Below, piece by piece: positions 17,892 to 26,899 of a stretch of DNA of 64,000 nt (position 1 is its first letter; each line of letters begins with the position of its first letter). Source of the DNA: Chloroflexota bacterium (GTDB taxonomy: Bacteria; Chloroflexota; UBA11872; VXOZ01); the NCBI GenBank assembly GCA_963663275.1, contig OY760183.1:1184001-1248000 (forward strand), in the 5' to 3' direction. Position numbers and translations under genes: made by a program. The notes beneath the pieces are model-generated. The model was not told where the DNA came from, ran no database searches, and was given only the letters and a program-made list of their open reading frames with translations.

Positions 17892-19499
17892 TTACGTGAT
17901 GATAACCGCGCCCTCGCCGCGGGGGTCGGAGCCGCCGTCCACCGTGCCGTCGGCGCCGAGTGTGACGAGTTGGCAGAGCGCAAAGCGGGAGGGATAGCTG
18001 ATCGGGTCTTGTTCCACCGTGAAACCCTTTGCCCGCAGGGCGTCGCAGGTATCCGTGCGCAGGCGCGCGTCGCACCAGATGGTATCGCCTTCGGCGTGGA
18101 TGCGCGGCGCGGTCACGGCTTCGGTGGCGCTCATGCCGAAATCGACCACGTTCGTAAACGCCTGCACCAGCGCGCTCAGGATGGCGTTGCCGCCCGGCGC
18201 GCCCCAGGCCACGGCGGGCTTGCCGTCCCGCGTAGCGATGGCGGGCATCATCAGGTGCAGCCGCGCCTTGCCCGGGGCAAACGAACTGGCGCGTCCCGGC
18301 CGGGGATCGAAGCGGTTCATGCCATTGTTGTAGACGAACCCCGTGCCGGGTGTCATGACGCCGGAGTGGTTGCCGTTGCTGTGGGTGATGCAGGCGATGT
18401 TGCCCGCCGCGTCCACCACGGTGAGATGCGTGGTGTCCGCGTGCTCTTGGGGCGGCGCGACGCCGCCGACGGTACCAGCCGCCACCGCAGCGCGGAGTTG
18501 GGACGCGCGTTCTTGTGACAGGAACGCGGCCTCCGGTGAGTGAGACAAAAAATCCGGGTCTCCCAGGTAGTCGCGCCGGTCTTGATTGACAAATTGCAGC
18601 GTTGACCCCACGTGGGCGAGGTAGTCCGCGCTGCCGTGTCCCAACGCCGGCAGGTCGAAGCCGTCCAGCACGTTCAGCGCCTGCAGCAGCAGCGGCCCGC
18701 CGCCCGGCGCGCCGTTGCTGTAGACCGTGTAGCCGCGGTAGGACGTGGCGCGGGGCGCGTAGGTCACGGGCCGGTAGGCGGCCAGGTCGGCGCGGGTCAC
18801 GAACGCACCGTTCCGCTCCAGGTCATCGCCGATTCTTGCGGCCAATTCGCCGTTATAGAAATCGTCCGCACCGCGCGCCGCAAGCTGTCCCAGCGTGTCG
18901 GCGTAGGCCGGATTGCGCAGTTGTTCGTCCGGGCTGAACGGCGCGCCATCCGGCTTCAGGTAGAGCGCGGCGCAGTCCGGCGTGGCGCTCAGGCGTTCGA
19001 CGCGGCTCGGCTTGTAGGGTTCCGGCTCCTCGTGCGTCACCTGGGTCATGCCCGGCAGCACGGGGAAACCCTGCCGCGCCACGCGCATGGCCGGTTGCAG
19101 CAGGTCGCGCCAGGGCATGGAGCAGAAGCGGCGCTGCACCTCGCCCAGCGCCGCCACCGCGCCGGGCGTGCAGATGGACGTATAGCCCATGGTGCTGCGG
19201 AAGTCATCGAAGAGGCTTTCGCCGTTGAAATCGCCTTCGCCTTTGTAGTCCGCGACCCACATGTCCGCCGTCACCCGCGACCCGGCGCGCAGGCAGCCGT
19301 CCACGATCACGTGCGCGTCGTGCTCGCGCGAGAAGATGTGCGCCGAGACCATTCCCCCAATGCCGCAGCTAAAGGGGGTGACGATCATCTGCGTGAAGGC
19401 GGTGGCAATGGCCGCGTCGAAGGCGTTGCCGCCCGCTTCCAGGATTTTCGCGCCTTCCTCGGCGGCGCGGGGATGGACGCAGACGACGATACCGGGCAT
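17892..19499 (-). CDS. ggt: Gamma-glutamyltransferase family protein
   Basis: GGNAFDAAIA, TTHLTVVD nucleophile Thr, GAPGG, APRIH, GGSDPRG. Confidence 0.93.
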   Translation of the reverse strand: MPGIVVCVHPRAAEEGAKILEAGGNAFDAAIATAFTQMIVTPFSCGIGGMVSAHIFSREHDAHVIVDGCLRAGSRVTADMWVADYKGEGDFNGESLFDDFRSTMGYTSICTPGAVAALGEVQRRFCSMPWRDLLQPAMRVARQGFPVLPGMTQVTHEEPEPYKPSRVERLSATPDCAALYLKPDGAPFSPDEQLRNPAYADTLGQLAARGADDFYNGELAARIGDDLERNGAFVTRADLAAYRPVTYAPRATSYRGYTVYSNGAPGGGPLLLQALNVLDGFDLPALGHGSADYLAHVGSTLQFVNQDRRDYLGDPDFLSHSPEAAFLSQERASQLRAAVAAGTVGGVAPPQEHADTTHLTVVDAAGNIACITHSNGNHSGVMTPGTGFVYNNGMNRFDPRPGRASSFAPGKARLHLMMPAIATRDGKPAVAWGAPGGNAILSALVQAFTNVVDFGMSATEAVTAPRIHAEGDTIWCDARLRTDTCDALRAKGFTVEQDPISYPSRFALCQLVTLGADGTVDGGSDPRGEGAVIIT

Positions 19500-19506
19500 T
19501 GTATCC

Positions 19507-19968
19507 TTAACTTTCCGCTATCGCGCCGCTGGCCGTGCCGACCACCACCGGCGCGCCGTCTTGGTTCTCGCACTGGATGTCCAGCGTAAAGCGCACGCCG
19601 GCATCCGTTTCTTCCCGCGCCGTTACCCGCGCCGTGCAGGTAACGGCGTCACCCGCGTCCACAATGCCGATGAACTTTGACGTTAGTTCGCCGCCGCTCA
19701 GCCACTGCTCGCCAAAGAGGTCTACCAGCAGTTCCGTCAGGTAGCCGAGGCACATGGCGCCGGAGGCCGCGCGGGTAGGCAGGCCGCTCTGTTGGGCGGC
19801 AGCCAGGTCGGTGTGCACGTTCTTGGCGGGCCAGCCGTCAAAGCGCGGCCAGCCGCCGGAAAAGAGCCACGTGCGGTACGACGTGACCTTCTTCACGCGG
19901 CCCGTCGCCGTGTGGCCGACGGGCGTATCATGCGTTAGCGGTAGCATTGTCGGATTGTCACCCGGCAT
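19507..19968 (-). CDS. MaoC-like hotdog dehydratase
   Basis: NVHTD.AAA.SGLP..AASG; KF.G.V.AGD.V; CENQDG..VVVG.A. Confidence 0.8.
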   Translation of the reverse strand: MPGDNPTMLPLTHDTPVGHTATGRVKKVTSYRTWLFSGGWPRFDGWPAKNVHTDLAAAQQSGLPTRAASGAMCLGYLTELLVDLFGEQWLSGGELTSKFIGIVDAGDAVTCTARVTAREETDAGVRFTLDIQCENQDGAPVVVGTASGAIAES

Positions 19969-20410
19969 CGGTTGCTCCCATGTAGATGTTCGTCGAGACC
20001 CGGCGAAGCACCTGCCGCCCGGTCTCAGTGGTAATCAGCGCCTCCACCACCTGGTAGAGCCGGCCGCGTTTCTCATAGGTATCAAGGACTTTCCAGGAGA
20101 CGGTGAGTGTGCTGCCCACGGGCGCGGGTTCGAGAAAGGTCGCCTCTTCGTGGGTATGAATCGCCGCCACGCCGGCCGGCAGGGAGAACGCGGGGCTGCG
20201 CGTCAGGTTGCTGAAGTTGAAGAGCAGGCCGGCATGGATGATGGGGACCGCCGCATGATCCGATGACGCGCCGCCGCCTTCCATGTAGCGCGGATGGAAG
20301 TCCTCCACGGCGTGCAGGTAGTTTTCGTTGAATTCCTCCGTCACGTGGAACGTGAACGGGGCCAGTTCTTCACCGGCGACGAGCCGGTCGGTGCGCTGCG
20401 GCGTTGCCAC
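19958..20410 (-). CDS. Hotdog-fold (MaoC partner) protein
   Basis: GEELAPF.F.V; F.EP..VG..L.V..KV.DTYEKRGRLY. Confidence 0.75.
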   Translation of the reverse strand: MATPQRTDRLVAGEELAPFTFHVTEEFNENYLHAVEDFHPRYMEGGGASSDHAAVPIIHAGLLFNFSNLTRSPAFSLPAGVAAIHTHEEATFLEPAPVGSTLTVSWKVLDTYEKRGRLYQVVEALITTETGRQVLRRVSTNIYMGATDAG

Positions 20411-20538
20411 GATGTCGTTATCCTCCTTGCCTGCGTGCCACCTTAGTATAGGCGTTTTTCAGGTTTCAGGCGCTCGATTGACTCTCTCGCCAACCCGGCC
20501 TTGCTCCGATGTCTCACCCTCACCCCGGCCCTCTCCCT

Positions 20539-21804
20539 TGTACAGTCCGGGGACATGGGTAACAGTTATTCAGGGAGATAGGTTACACATTTTGTTCACT
20601 GAGGTCTACCGTTCTTATCGGATTGACAGCGAAGTAGACGTTCCAGACGCCGTCGGTTTGCGTGGGTCGCAGGGCGACGCGGGTGTGGGCGAAAGCTCGC
20701 CCCACGCGGAGGGTCTTGCCCTGGAACGAGATGCGGCCGCTGACGTCGACGGCGCGCACCTGGTCGTCGGGAGCGTAGGTGATGGGGGGCAGCGTTTCGG
20801 GAAAGGGCTGTGGACTGGGCGTGTACCGGCTGACGGGCGTGTTGAGCGTGAGGGCGTGGTGCGGGCGTTCCCGGTTGTAGAAGTGCCGCCAAGCGTCGAA
20901 GGCGCGCTGGCAGTGCTCCAGGTTGGTGAAGGTGCGACCGGCCAGGACTTCGCTTTTCAGGGAGCGGTGGAAGCGTTCCAGCTTGCCGAGGGTCTGGGGA
21001 TGGTAGGGACGGCTGTGAAGCACCTTGATGCCCAGGCGCATGAGCCAGACGGTGAGCGGCGTGAAGGGATGGGCGCTGTCGTTGCCCCAGGGGGCGCCGT
21101 TGTCCATGAGCATGGCCGCAGGCAGGCCGTAGCGCCGAAAGACGCGGGTGAGGCGCTCCTGGACGGTCTGACCCCGCTCGTCGGCGCAGGCCTCCACAGC
21201 CAGGTTGTAGCGGGAATGGTCGTCGAGCACGGTGAGCGGATGGCAGCGGTCGCGAGACATGGCGAAATGCCCCTTGAAGTCCATCTGCCAGAGTTCGTTG
21301 GGCAGCGGGCGCTCAAAGCGAATGAAGGGCATGCGCTTGGCGCTCTCGGCCGGGTCGATCAACCCGTGGCGCTTGAGAATGGCGTTGATGGTGCTCCTGG
21401 CGGGCACGTCGGCGTAGCCGCGGTTCCGCAGCATCCGGCCCAGCGCGTCCGCGCCCTTCCCCGGATGTGCCAGGCGCAAGGCGATGATGTGCCGCTCCAT
21501 CTCTGGACGCGTGCGCTGTGGGCTGGTGTGCGGACGCCGCGACCGGTCCCCCAGGTTCTCCATCCCGCCCTGCCTGTAGCGCGTGCGCCACTTGTAGCCG
21601 GTCTTGCGGCTGATGCCCATACGCTTGCACAGTGCGCTCATGCTCACCTCACCCGTCAGCATCACGGCTATAAACTCTTCCCGCTCAGACATAGGTGTAC
21701 TCACTTTCCACGACATGGTCGTCCTCCTCTAGTGACGAATTCCCATGCCTTATGGTGTAACCTATGTCCCTGAAAATGTGTTACCTATGTCCCCGGGCTC
21801 TACA
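20539..21804 (-). mobile_element. IS481-family insertion sequence, 1266 bp
   Basis: Ends TGTACAGTCCGGGGACATGGGTAACA / TGTTACCTATGTCCCCGGGCTCTACA (23/26 inverted match), inner secondary repeats, and tccct duplicated on both flanks. Confidence 0.95.
20583..21716 (-). CDS. IS481-family DDE transposase
   Basis: HTH GISRKTGYKW; WQMDFKG, MDNG, GKLERFHRSLK; YNRERPH. Confidence 0.96.
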   Translation of the reverse strand: MSWKVSTPMSEREEFIAVMLTGEVSMSALCKRMGISRKTGYKWRTRYRQGGMENLGDRSRRPHTSPQRTRPEMERHIIALRLAHPGKGADALGRMLRNRGYADVPARSTINAILKRHGLIDPAESAKRMPFIRFERPLPNELWQMDFKGHFAMSRDRCHPLTVLDDHSRYNLAVEACADERGQTVQERLTRVFRRYGLPAAMLMDNGAPWGNDSAHPFTPLTVWLMRLGIKVLHSRPYHPQTLGKLERFHRSLKSEVLAGRTFTNLEHCQRAFDAWRHFYNRERPHHALTLNTPVSRYTPSPQPFPETLPPITYAPDDQVRAVDVSGRISFQGKTLRVGRAFAHTRVALRPTQTDGVWNVYFAVNPIRTVDLSEQNV

Positions 21805-22231
21805 TCCCTCAGGGAGAGGGGACAAGAGGCCGCTCCGTTCGACTCCCTCTCCCTCAGGAGACCTTTGCATAACTCTGTCATTCCGGTGAAAACCGGAATC
21901 CAGAGTGCTTTTGCAACTAAACGTTGCATGGTTTCAAGCCATTTCACCTCCCATCCCAACCTTCCCTCCAGTGGGGAAGGGGTTACGCAAAGGTCTCCTC
22001 AGGGAGAGGGGACGAGAGGCCGCTCCGTTCCACTCCCTCTCCCTGGGGAGAGGGCCGGGGTGAGGGGAAAATTAGCGCCGATCGTACACAATTCGCACTG
22101 TTCGGCAGAGTTACGCAACGGTCTCCTGAGGGAAGGGGAGCAGGCGCAGATCCCCCTCACCCTAGCCCCCTCCCTCAGGGAGAGGGGACAAGAGGCCGCT
22201 CCGCTCCGTTCCCTCTCCCTGAGGGAGAGGG
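21805..22231. repeat. Cluster of family A palindromes
   Basis: Repeated ccctctccc..gggagaggg(ccggggtgaggg) units separated by ac(a/g)agaggccgctccg linkers. Confidence 0.85.
21858..21997. mobile_element. 140-bp MITE with GAGACCTTTGC.TAAC terminal inverted repeats
   Basis: gagacctttgcataac...gttacgcaaaggtctc flanked by ctcag on both sides, inside a family A hairpin. A lone end also occurs at about 22109-22125. Confidence 0.85.
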
Positions 22232-22237
22232 AACGGA

Positions 22238-23653
22238 CTAAGAGCCCGTCTCCGGTCTTTCGTCCACGAAGCGTTTGAACTTGTAGCCTCCGGCGATTTC
22301 GCCGAAGCCGTCCGCCGGCAGGAACTCAATCTCGGGGCTGACCTCCGTTTCGGCGCGCACGGTAGCCGCGATCTCCTGCCGCAAGCGTGCGCGTTCCGGT
22401 TCGGCGCACGCCGCGCGCACGCGCAGCACGTCGGCGGAGAGCGGGTCGTTGGGCGTTTGCCGCGTAATAACCACCTGGTACTCCTTCACCCCGCGGCTCA
22501 GCAGACCGGAGAGGCCCTCCAGCAGCACGGCCGGATTCACCAGCGTGCCCTTCACCTTGGTCAGGCCGTCCACCCGGTAGGGGCTGCCCAGAAAGCGCGG
22601 CTCATGGCGGCCGCAGTGGGGGCATGGCTTATGGGTCAGCGCCACCACGTCGCCGGCCGCGTAGCGCGGCAGCACCGTGCCCCGGCGGTTGAGGTGGGTA
22701 AGCACCAGCAAGCCCCGCGCGCCGTCGGGCACGGGCGCGTAGGTCTGCGGATCCACCACCTCGAAGAAGAACTGCGCCGGCGTCGGCAGGTGCGCGCCGC
22801 CGTTTTCGCGGCACTCGATGGACGGACCCATGAGTTCGGTCATGCCGTAGCCGTTGTTGACCGTTACGTGGGGGCTGCCCATGCGCGTCAGCCGCGCGCG
22901 CATGTCGTCGCGCATGGCCGTGGGGCACGGCTCGCCCATGGCCATCACCAGCCGCACGGCGCTGAAGTCTCTGCCCAGCGTCTCCGCGCGCATAATCACC
23001 CGCCGCACGTAGGAGGTGATGCCCCAGAGCACCGTGGCGCGCTGCCCCTCGATGAGGTCGATCGCCTCGTCCATGCGCCGGTGCACGGGAAAATCGCCAT
23101 AGGCGCGGCCGGTGAGGGCGCTGAGCAGCCGGCTGCCAACCGCCATGGCCCCCCACGTGGCGCTCAAGAAGCCTTGATGGGGTACCGCGCTCAGGGGAAA
23201 GAGATTCATCACCGTGTCCGCCGGGCCGATGCCGGCGATGCGCGCGCCGCGCCCCAGCAGGTCGATGCGCGCAAACCGGTCGTGCACCGTATCGTAGAAC
23301 GGCGTCGGCTCGCCGGACGACCCCGCCGTGTAGATGATGTCCGCCAGCGTTCTTTCTTCCACGCTCAGGCCCGCTGCGCGGCTGGAATCCAGGCGAAACG
23401 ACTCCGGGTCGCGCACGTAGTCCTGCTTGGTCATGGGCGGCAGCTTGGGGATGTCGTCCACCGTGCGGAAGTCTTCCGGCGTCAGCCCGCGCTCCCGCAA
23501 GACCCGCCGCGCGTAGGGATGCGCCCGCGCCCACAGCGGCGCCATGCGGCTCAGGTACGCGTTCTGTTGGTCGCGCAGCCGCTCAAGGTAGGCGGTTGTT
23601 CCAGCCACGGCAGGTGATGCCGGCGCGTGCGGGCGCTGCGTAGATGTGCTCAT
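22238..23653 (-). CDS. Phenylacetate-CoA ligase (PaaK)-family AMP-binding enzyme
   Basis: KLPPMTK.D, YTAGSSGEP, YGMTE, RYAAGDV, KVKGTLV.P, KFKRFVDER; start uncertain. Confidence 0.85.
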   Translation of the reverse strand: MSTSTQRPHAPASPAVAGTTAYLERLRDQQNAYLSRMAPLWARAHPYARRVLRERGLTPEDFRTVDDIPKLPPMTKQDYVRDPESFRLDSSRAAGLSVEERTLADIIYTAGSSGEPTPFYDTVHDRFARIDLLGRGARIAGIGPADTVMNLFPLSAVPHQGFLSATWGAMAVGSRLLSALTGRAYGDFPVHRRMDEAIDLIEGQRATVLWGITSYVRRVIMRAETLGRDFSAVRLVMAMGEPCPTAMRDDMRARLTRMGSPHVTVNNGYGMTELMGPSIECRENGGAHLPTPAQFFFEVVDPQTYAPVPDGARGLLVLTHLNRRGTVLPRYAAGDVVALTHKPCPHCGRHEPRFLGSPYRVDGLTKVKGTLVNPAVLLEGLSGLLSRGVKEYQVVITRQTPNDPLSADVLRVRAACAEPERARLRQEIAATVRAETEVSPEIEFLPADGFGEIAGGYKFKRFVDERPETGS

Positions 23654-23959
23654 CGAAACCTTGCTTGTCCGTCGTCTCTCGCCGCGGCCCGTGATGGAGA
23701 GCCGTAGCCGCTGTGTTTCGCGGAGGTACGGACGCGCCAATGCGCCGACCTCTCGGATTTCCCGATTCTAGCGCGGTTGATAGGCGGATTCAAGGAGTGC
23801 CAATGAGCATACGTCGGCGCAGTGAAGTACTAGACAGCTTGTTACAGAAGTGTACGTGTGTCAAAATTGGTGCAACTGGGTTGCGCCCCGCACCCGTTGG
23901 ACATCATGGCGATTCATGCGTTGTATCAGTCCCAATAGTCTCGGGGGACGAGTGAAGCG

Positions 23960-25804
23960 ATGCAAATGAGAATGTGTAGAGCAGCATTGAAAAGTACTGC
24001 ATCTGGCTTGCTGCTGTTGGGAGTTGCATTGCTGCTGCTGTCTATGGGTTGTACTGAGGAGCCCCCAAGCAGCTATGCACGTCCCTATCCAAGCTTGACT
24101 TGGACTCCAGACGGGTCGCACATTCTCTTCTCCCACGAAGACGCACGCGGGACGTTTGTGATCGATGCCGCGGGCACGCGCTTGAACTCAATACCCGAGA
24201 ATACCGGGCTTGGGGACTATGATCATCCAGCCAGCGCATCAGCTTCTCTTTCACCCGATGGCTCGCGGGTTGCCTACGCTGTTGTAATCGACCTAAGCGA
24301 GTCGAAGGAGGCCACCTTCTTTGATCTATTCGACTCTGAGATTATGGTCGCGAACTTAGATGGCACAGGCGTGCGCAGGCTAACGCACGACGTTCGATCG
24401 GAGGACTTTAGCCCCGCCTGGTCGCCGGATGGCAACCGGATTGCCTTTATCAAGGATGTTCGCTATGCCGAGTCCCACATAGGCCCCTTAGCCATAATGA
24501 ACGCAGATGGATCGGACGCGCGGACAATCAGGCTGCCGCCCGATGTCACGTATGTGCTCTATCGACCGGTATGGTCTCCCGATGGCAGTTGGATCGCGGC
24601 CATAGGCGGCGGTGAAGCACTTTCAGGCAGCCATCTCTTCTTGGTGCGGCCGGACGGCTCCGGTGTCCTAAACGTCGGGCCCGCTACGGGTCACCCGGCA
24701 TGGTCTCCTGACAGCAGCAGGCTTGCCTTCTTCCAGTTCGAATATGAGGCAGAGACCTGGGTTTTGTATACGGCGAACGCGAATGGAACGGACAGGCGGC
24801 GGTTGGCGGCATTTGAGCAGATGGAAAACTGGTCGCACCCTCAGCTTTCTTGGTCGCCGGACGGTTCAGCGCTGCTCTTCGCCTATGAACATAAGTACGG
24901 ACACCCTTCAAGCACGGGGCACGTGGTCGGCGTGGATGACGGGAGCATACTTGCCAATGTGGAGGGCCTTGTTGCCGCGTGGTCGCCGGACGGTTCCCGT
25001 ATTGCAGTCTTAACCCGATTGACCTCCACTTCTAAGGAGATAGTGTCCAATAGCCCAGTGCTGTACACGATGGCGTGGGATGGTTCAGATATACAGGTTC
25101 TGGTGCGCGAAACCGACAAGGGATTGGTCGCTGAAAATTCGGATTGGCGCGACGTATCTGGTGACATTGCGGCGTGCGCCGACCTCTACGGAGACAATCC
25201 AGGCTTGGCGGCAGACTGCCGGGCATTGTTGCGGAGTCTCTACGACTTGGCCGGGGATACCATCCTCAACTGGAGCGCGGAGGTCCCGATAGAAAGGTGG
25301 CAAGGGGTTGTAGTAGAAGGCGACCCGCCCCGAGTACGGCATCTGGGACAGACTTTTACCCCTGGCCTGAATGGTGTAGTCCCGCCGGCTTTAGGCAGTC
25401 TTGATAGTCTGGAGATATTGTTGCTCCCGTACAACAGTCTGACAGGAAGCATTCCAGCAGAGTTAGGTAACCTGAGCGAGCTTAAGTGGTTGGGCTTAGA
25501 AGGAAACGCATTGTCTGGGAGTATTCCGGCAGAACTTGGCGAACTTAGGAGTTTGATTCAATTGGATCTTAAAGGCAACCAACTGAGCGGCAGCATTCCG
25601 CCAGAACTGGGTAATCTCACAAGCTTGCAGAGTTTAAATCTTGGAGAAAACCGGCTCACCGGCAGCATACCTCCGGAACTGGGAAACCTTGCACACCTGA
25701 GAGTGCTGATCATCGATAGGAACAACCTGAGCGGCTGTGTGCCGAGTGCATTGTCCGATACGTTGACCGAGTTCTGGTCCGACGGTCTGGAATTCTGCAA
25801 GTAA
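23960..25804 (+). CDS. Lipoprotein with TolB/PD40 beta-propeller and C-terminal plant-type leucine-rich repeats
   Basis: LSMGC lipobox; repeated WSPDGS; LTGSIP.ELGNL..L..L.L..N repeats; LSGCVP cap. Confidence 0.9.
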   Translation: MQMRMCRAALKSTASGLLLLGVALLLLSMGCTEEPPSSYARPYPSLTWTPDGSHILFSHEDARGTFVIDAAGTRLNSIPENTGLGDYDHPASASASLSPDGSRVAYAVVIDLSESKEATFFDLFDSEIMVANLDGTGVRRLTHDVRSEDFSPAWSPDGNRIAFIKDVRYAESHIGPLAIMNADGSDARTIRLPPDVTYVLYRPVWSPDGSWIAAIGGGEALSGSHLFLVRPDGSGVLNVGPATGHPAWSPDSSRLAFFQFEYEAETWVLYTANANGTDRRRLAAFEQMENWSHPQLSWSPDGSALLFAYEHKYGHPSSTGHVVGVDDGSILANVEGLVAAWSPDGSRIAVLTRLTSTSKEIVSNSPVLYTMAWDGSDIQVLVRETDKGLVAENSDWRDVSGDIAACADLYGDNPGLAADCRALLRSLYDLAGDTILNWSAEVPIERWQGVVVEGDPPRVRHLGQTFTPGLNGVVPPALGSLDSLEILLLPYNSLTGSIPAELGNLSELKWLGLEGNALSGSIPAELGELRSLIQLDLKGNQLSGSIPPELGNLTSLQSLNLGENRLTGSIPPELGNLAHLRVLIIDRNNLSGCVPSALSDTLTEFWSDGLEFCK

Positions 25805-25888
25805 CCATCAAAGTGCGATAATGCTCTTGTTGAATTCAGGCGATGCTGCAAAAGGACGTGCCAATTAGAAACCAGGAGGAGAATTGCG

Positions 25889-26866
25889 TTGGCAACCACA
25901 CAGATGTTATCCGAAATGATCACCGATTCACGGGCGTGGACGGCGCGGACGATCGACGCGGAGGCGTCGTGGCGCTATGGGTTGACGGCGGATTGCTTTG
26001 CCGAGCTTGACGCTTTTCTGGCGCAGTGGCGCGGCCAGGACCAGCCGCTCACCGAAACGCGCATCCGGCGCGCGGACTTTCCGGCCTGCGCCGCGGTGCT
26101 GGATGGCGCGCTGGCCGGTTTGGAGACCGGGCGGGGCTTTGCCATCGTCGAGCGCGTGTCTTTGGATCGCTACTCGCGTGACGAAGCGCAGGCGCTCTAC
26201 TGGGCGGTCGGCCAGCTTCTCGGCGCGCCTTTTGCCCAGGACGTGAAAGGCACGCTGCTCTACGACGTGCGCGACACCGGGCAAGACCCCACCAAAGGGG
26301 CGCGCTTCTCCGTGAGCAACGTGGAGAGCAGCTTTCACATGGACCACTGCTTCGGCGATCCGACCCCCGACATCCTGGGTCTGCTCAGCCTGCACGGGGC
26401 GAAGTCCGGCGGCCGGAGCCAGTTCCTCAGCGCCTATACGCTCCACAACGAACTGCTGCGCCAATGCCCGGACGACCTGCCGGCGCTTTACGAGCCGTTC
26501 TACTTCGACCGGCGGGGGCAATTCAAGGAAGGCGAGAAGCCGGTGTTCGAGGCGCCGGTCTTCCGCTGGGACGCCGCGGGCTTGCACATCCGCTATCTGT
26601 ACTACTACATCCTGATCGGCCGGGAACGCATGGGCAAGCCGTTCAGCCCGGCGCAGAGGCGGGCGCTGGAGGCGGTGGAAGCCACGCTGCGCCGCGACGA
26701 CCTGCACGTGGAACTGCTGCTGGAACCGGGCCAAATGCTCTTCACCAGCAATCACTGGCTGCTGCATAACCGCACGTCGTTCGAGGATTATCCCGAACCG
26801 GAACGGCGGCGCCACCTGGTGCGCCTCTGGCTGAGCAACCGCAACGGCGCGGCGGCGCATCATTAG
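25889..26866 (+). CDS. TauD/TfdA-family Fe(II)/2-oxoglutarate dioxygenase
   Basis: FHMD (HxD), LLHNRTSF.D, RRRHLVRLWL; AGGAG RBS. Confidence 0.9.
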   Translation: MATTQMLSEMITDSRAWTARTIDAEASWRYGLTADCFAELDAFLAQWRGQDQPLTETRIRRADFPACAAVLDGALAGLETGRGFAIVERVSLDRYSRDEAQALYWAVGQLLGAPFAQDVKGTLLYDVRDTGQDPTKGARFSVSNVESSFHMDHCFGDPTPDILGLLSLHGAKSGGRSQFLSAYTLHNELLRQCPDDLPALYEPFYFDRRGQFKEGEKPVFEAPVFRWDAAGLHIRYLYYYILIGRERMGKPFSPAQRRALEAVEATLRRDDLHVELLLEPGQMLFTSNHWLLHNRTSFEDYPEPERRRHLVRLWLSNRNGAAAHH

Positions 26867-26899
26867 AGGGTTGGCTCCCCCTTGCAGTGGGTTACGGTT

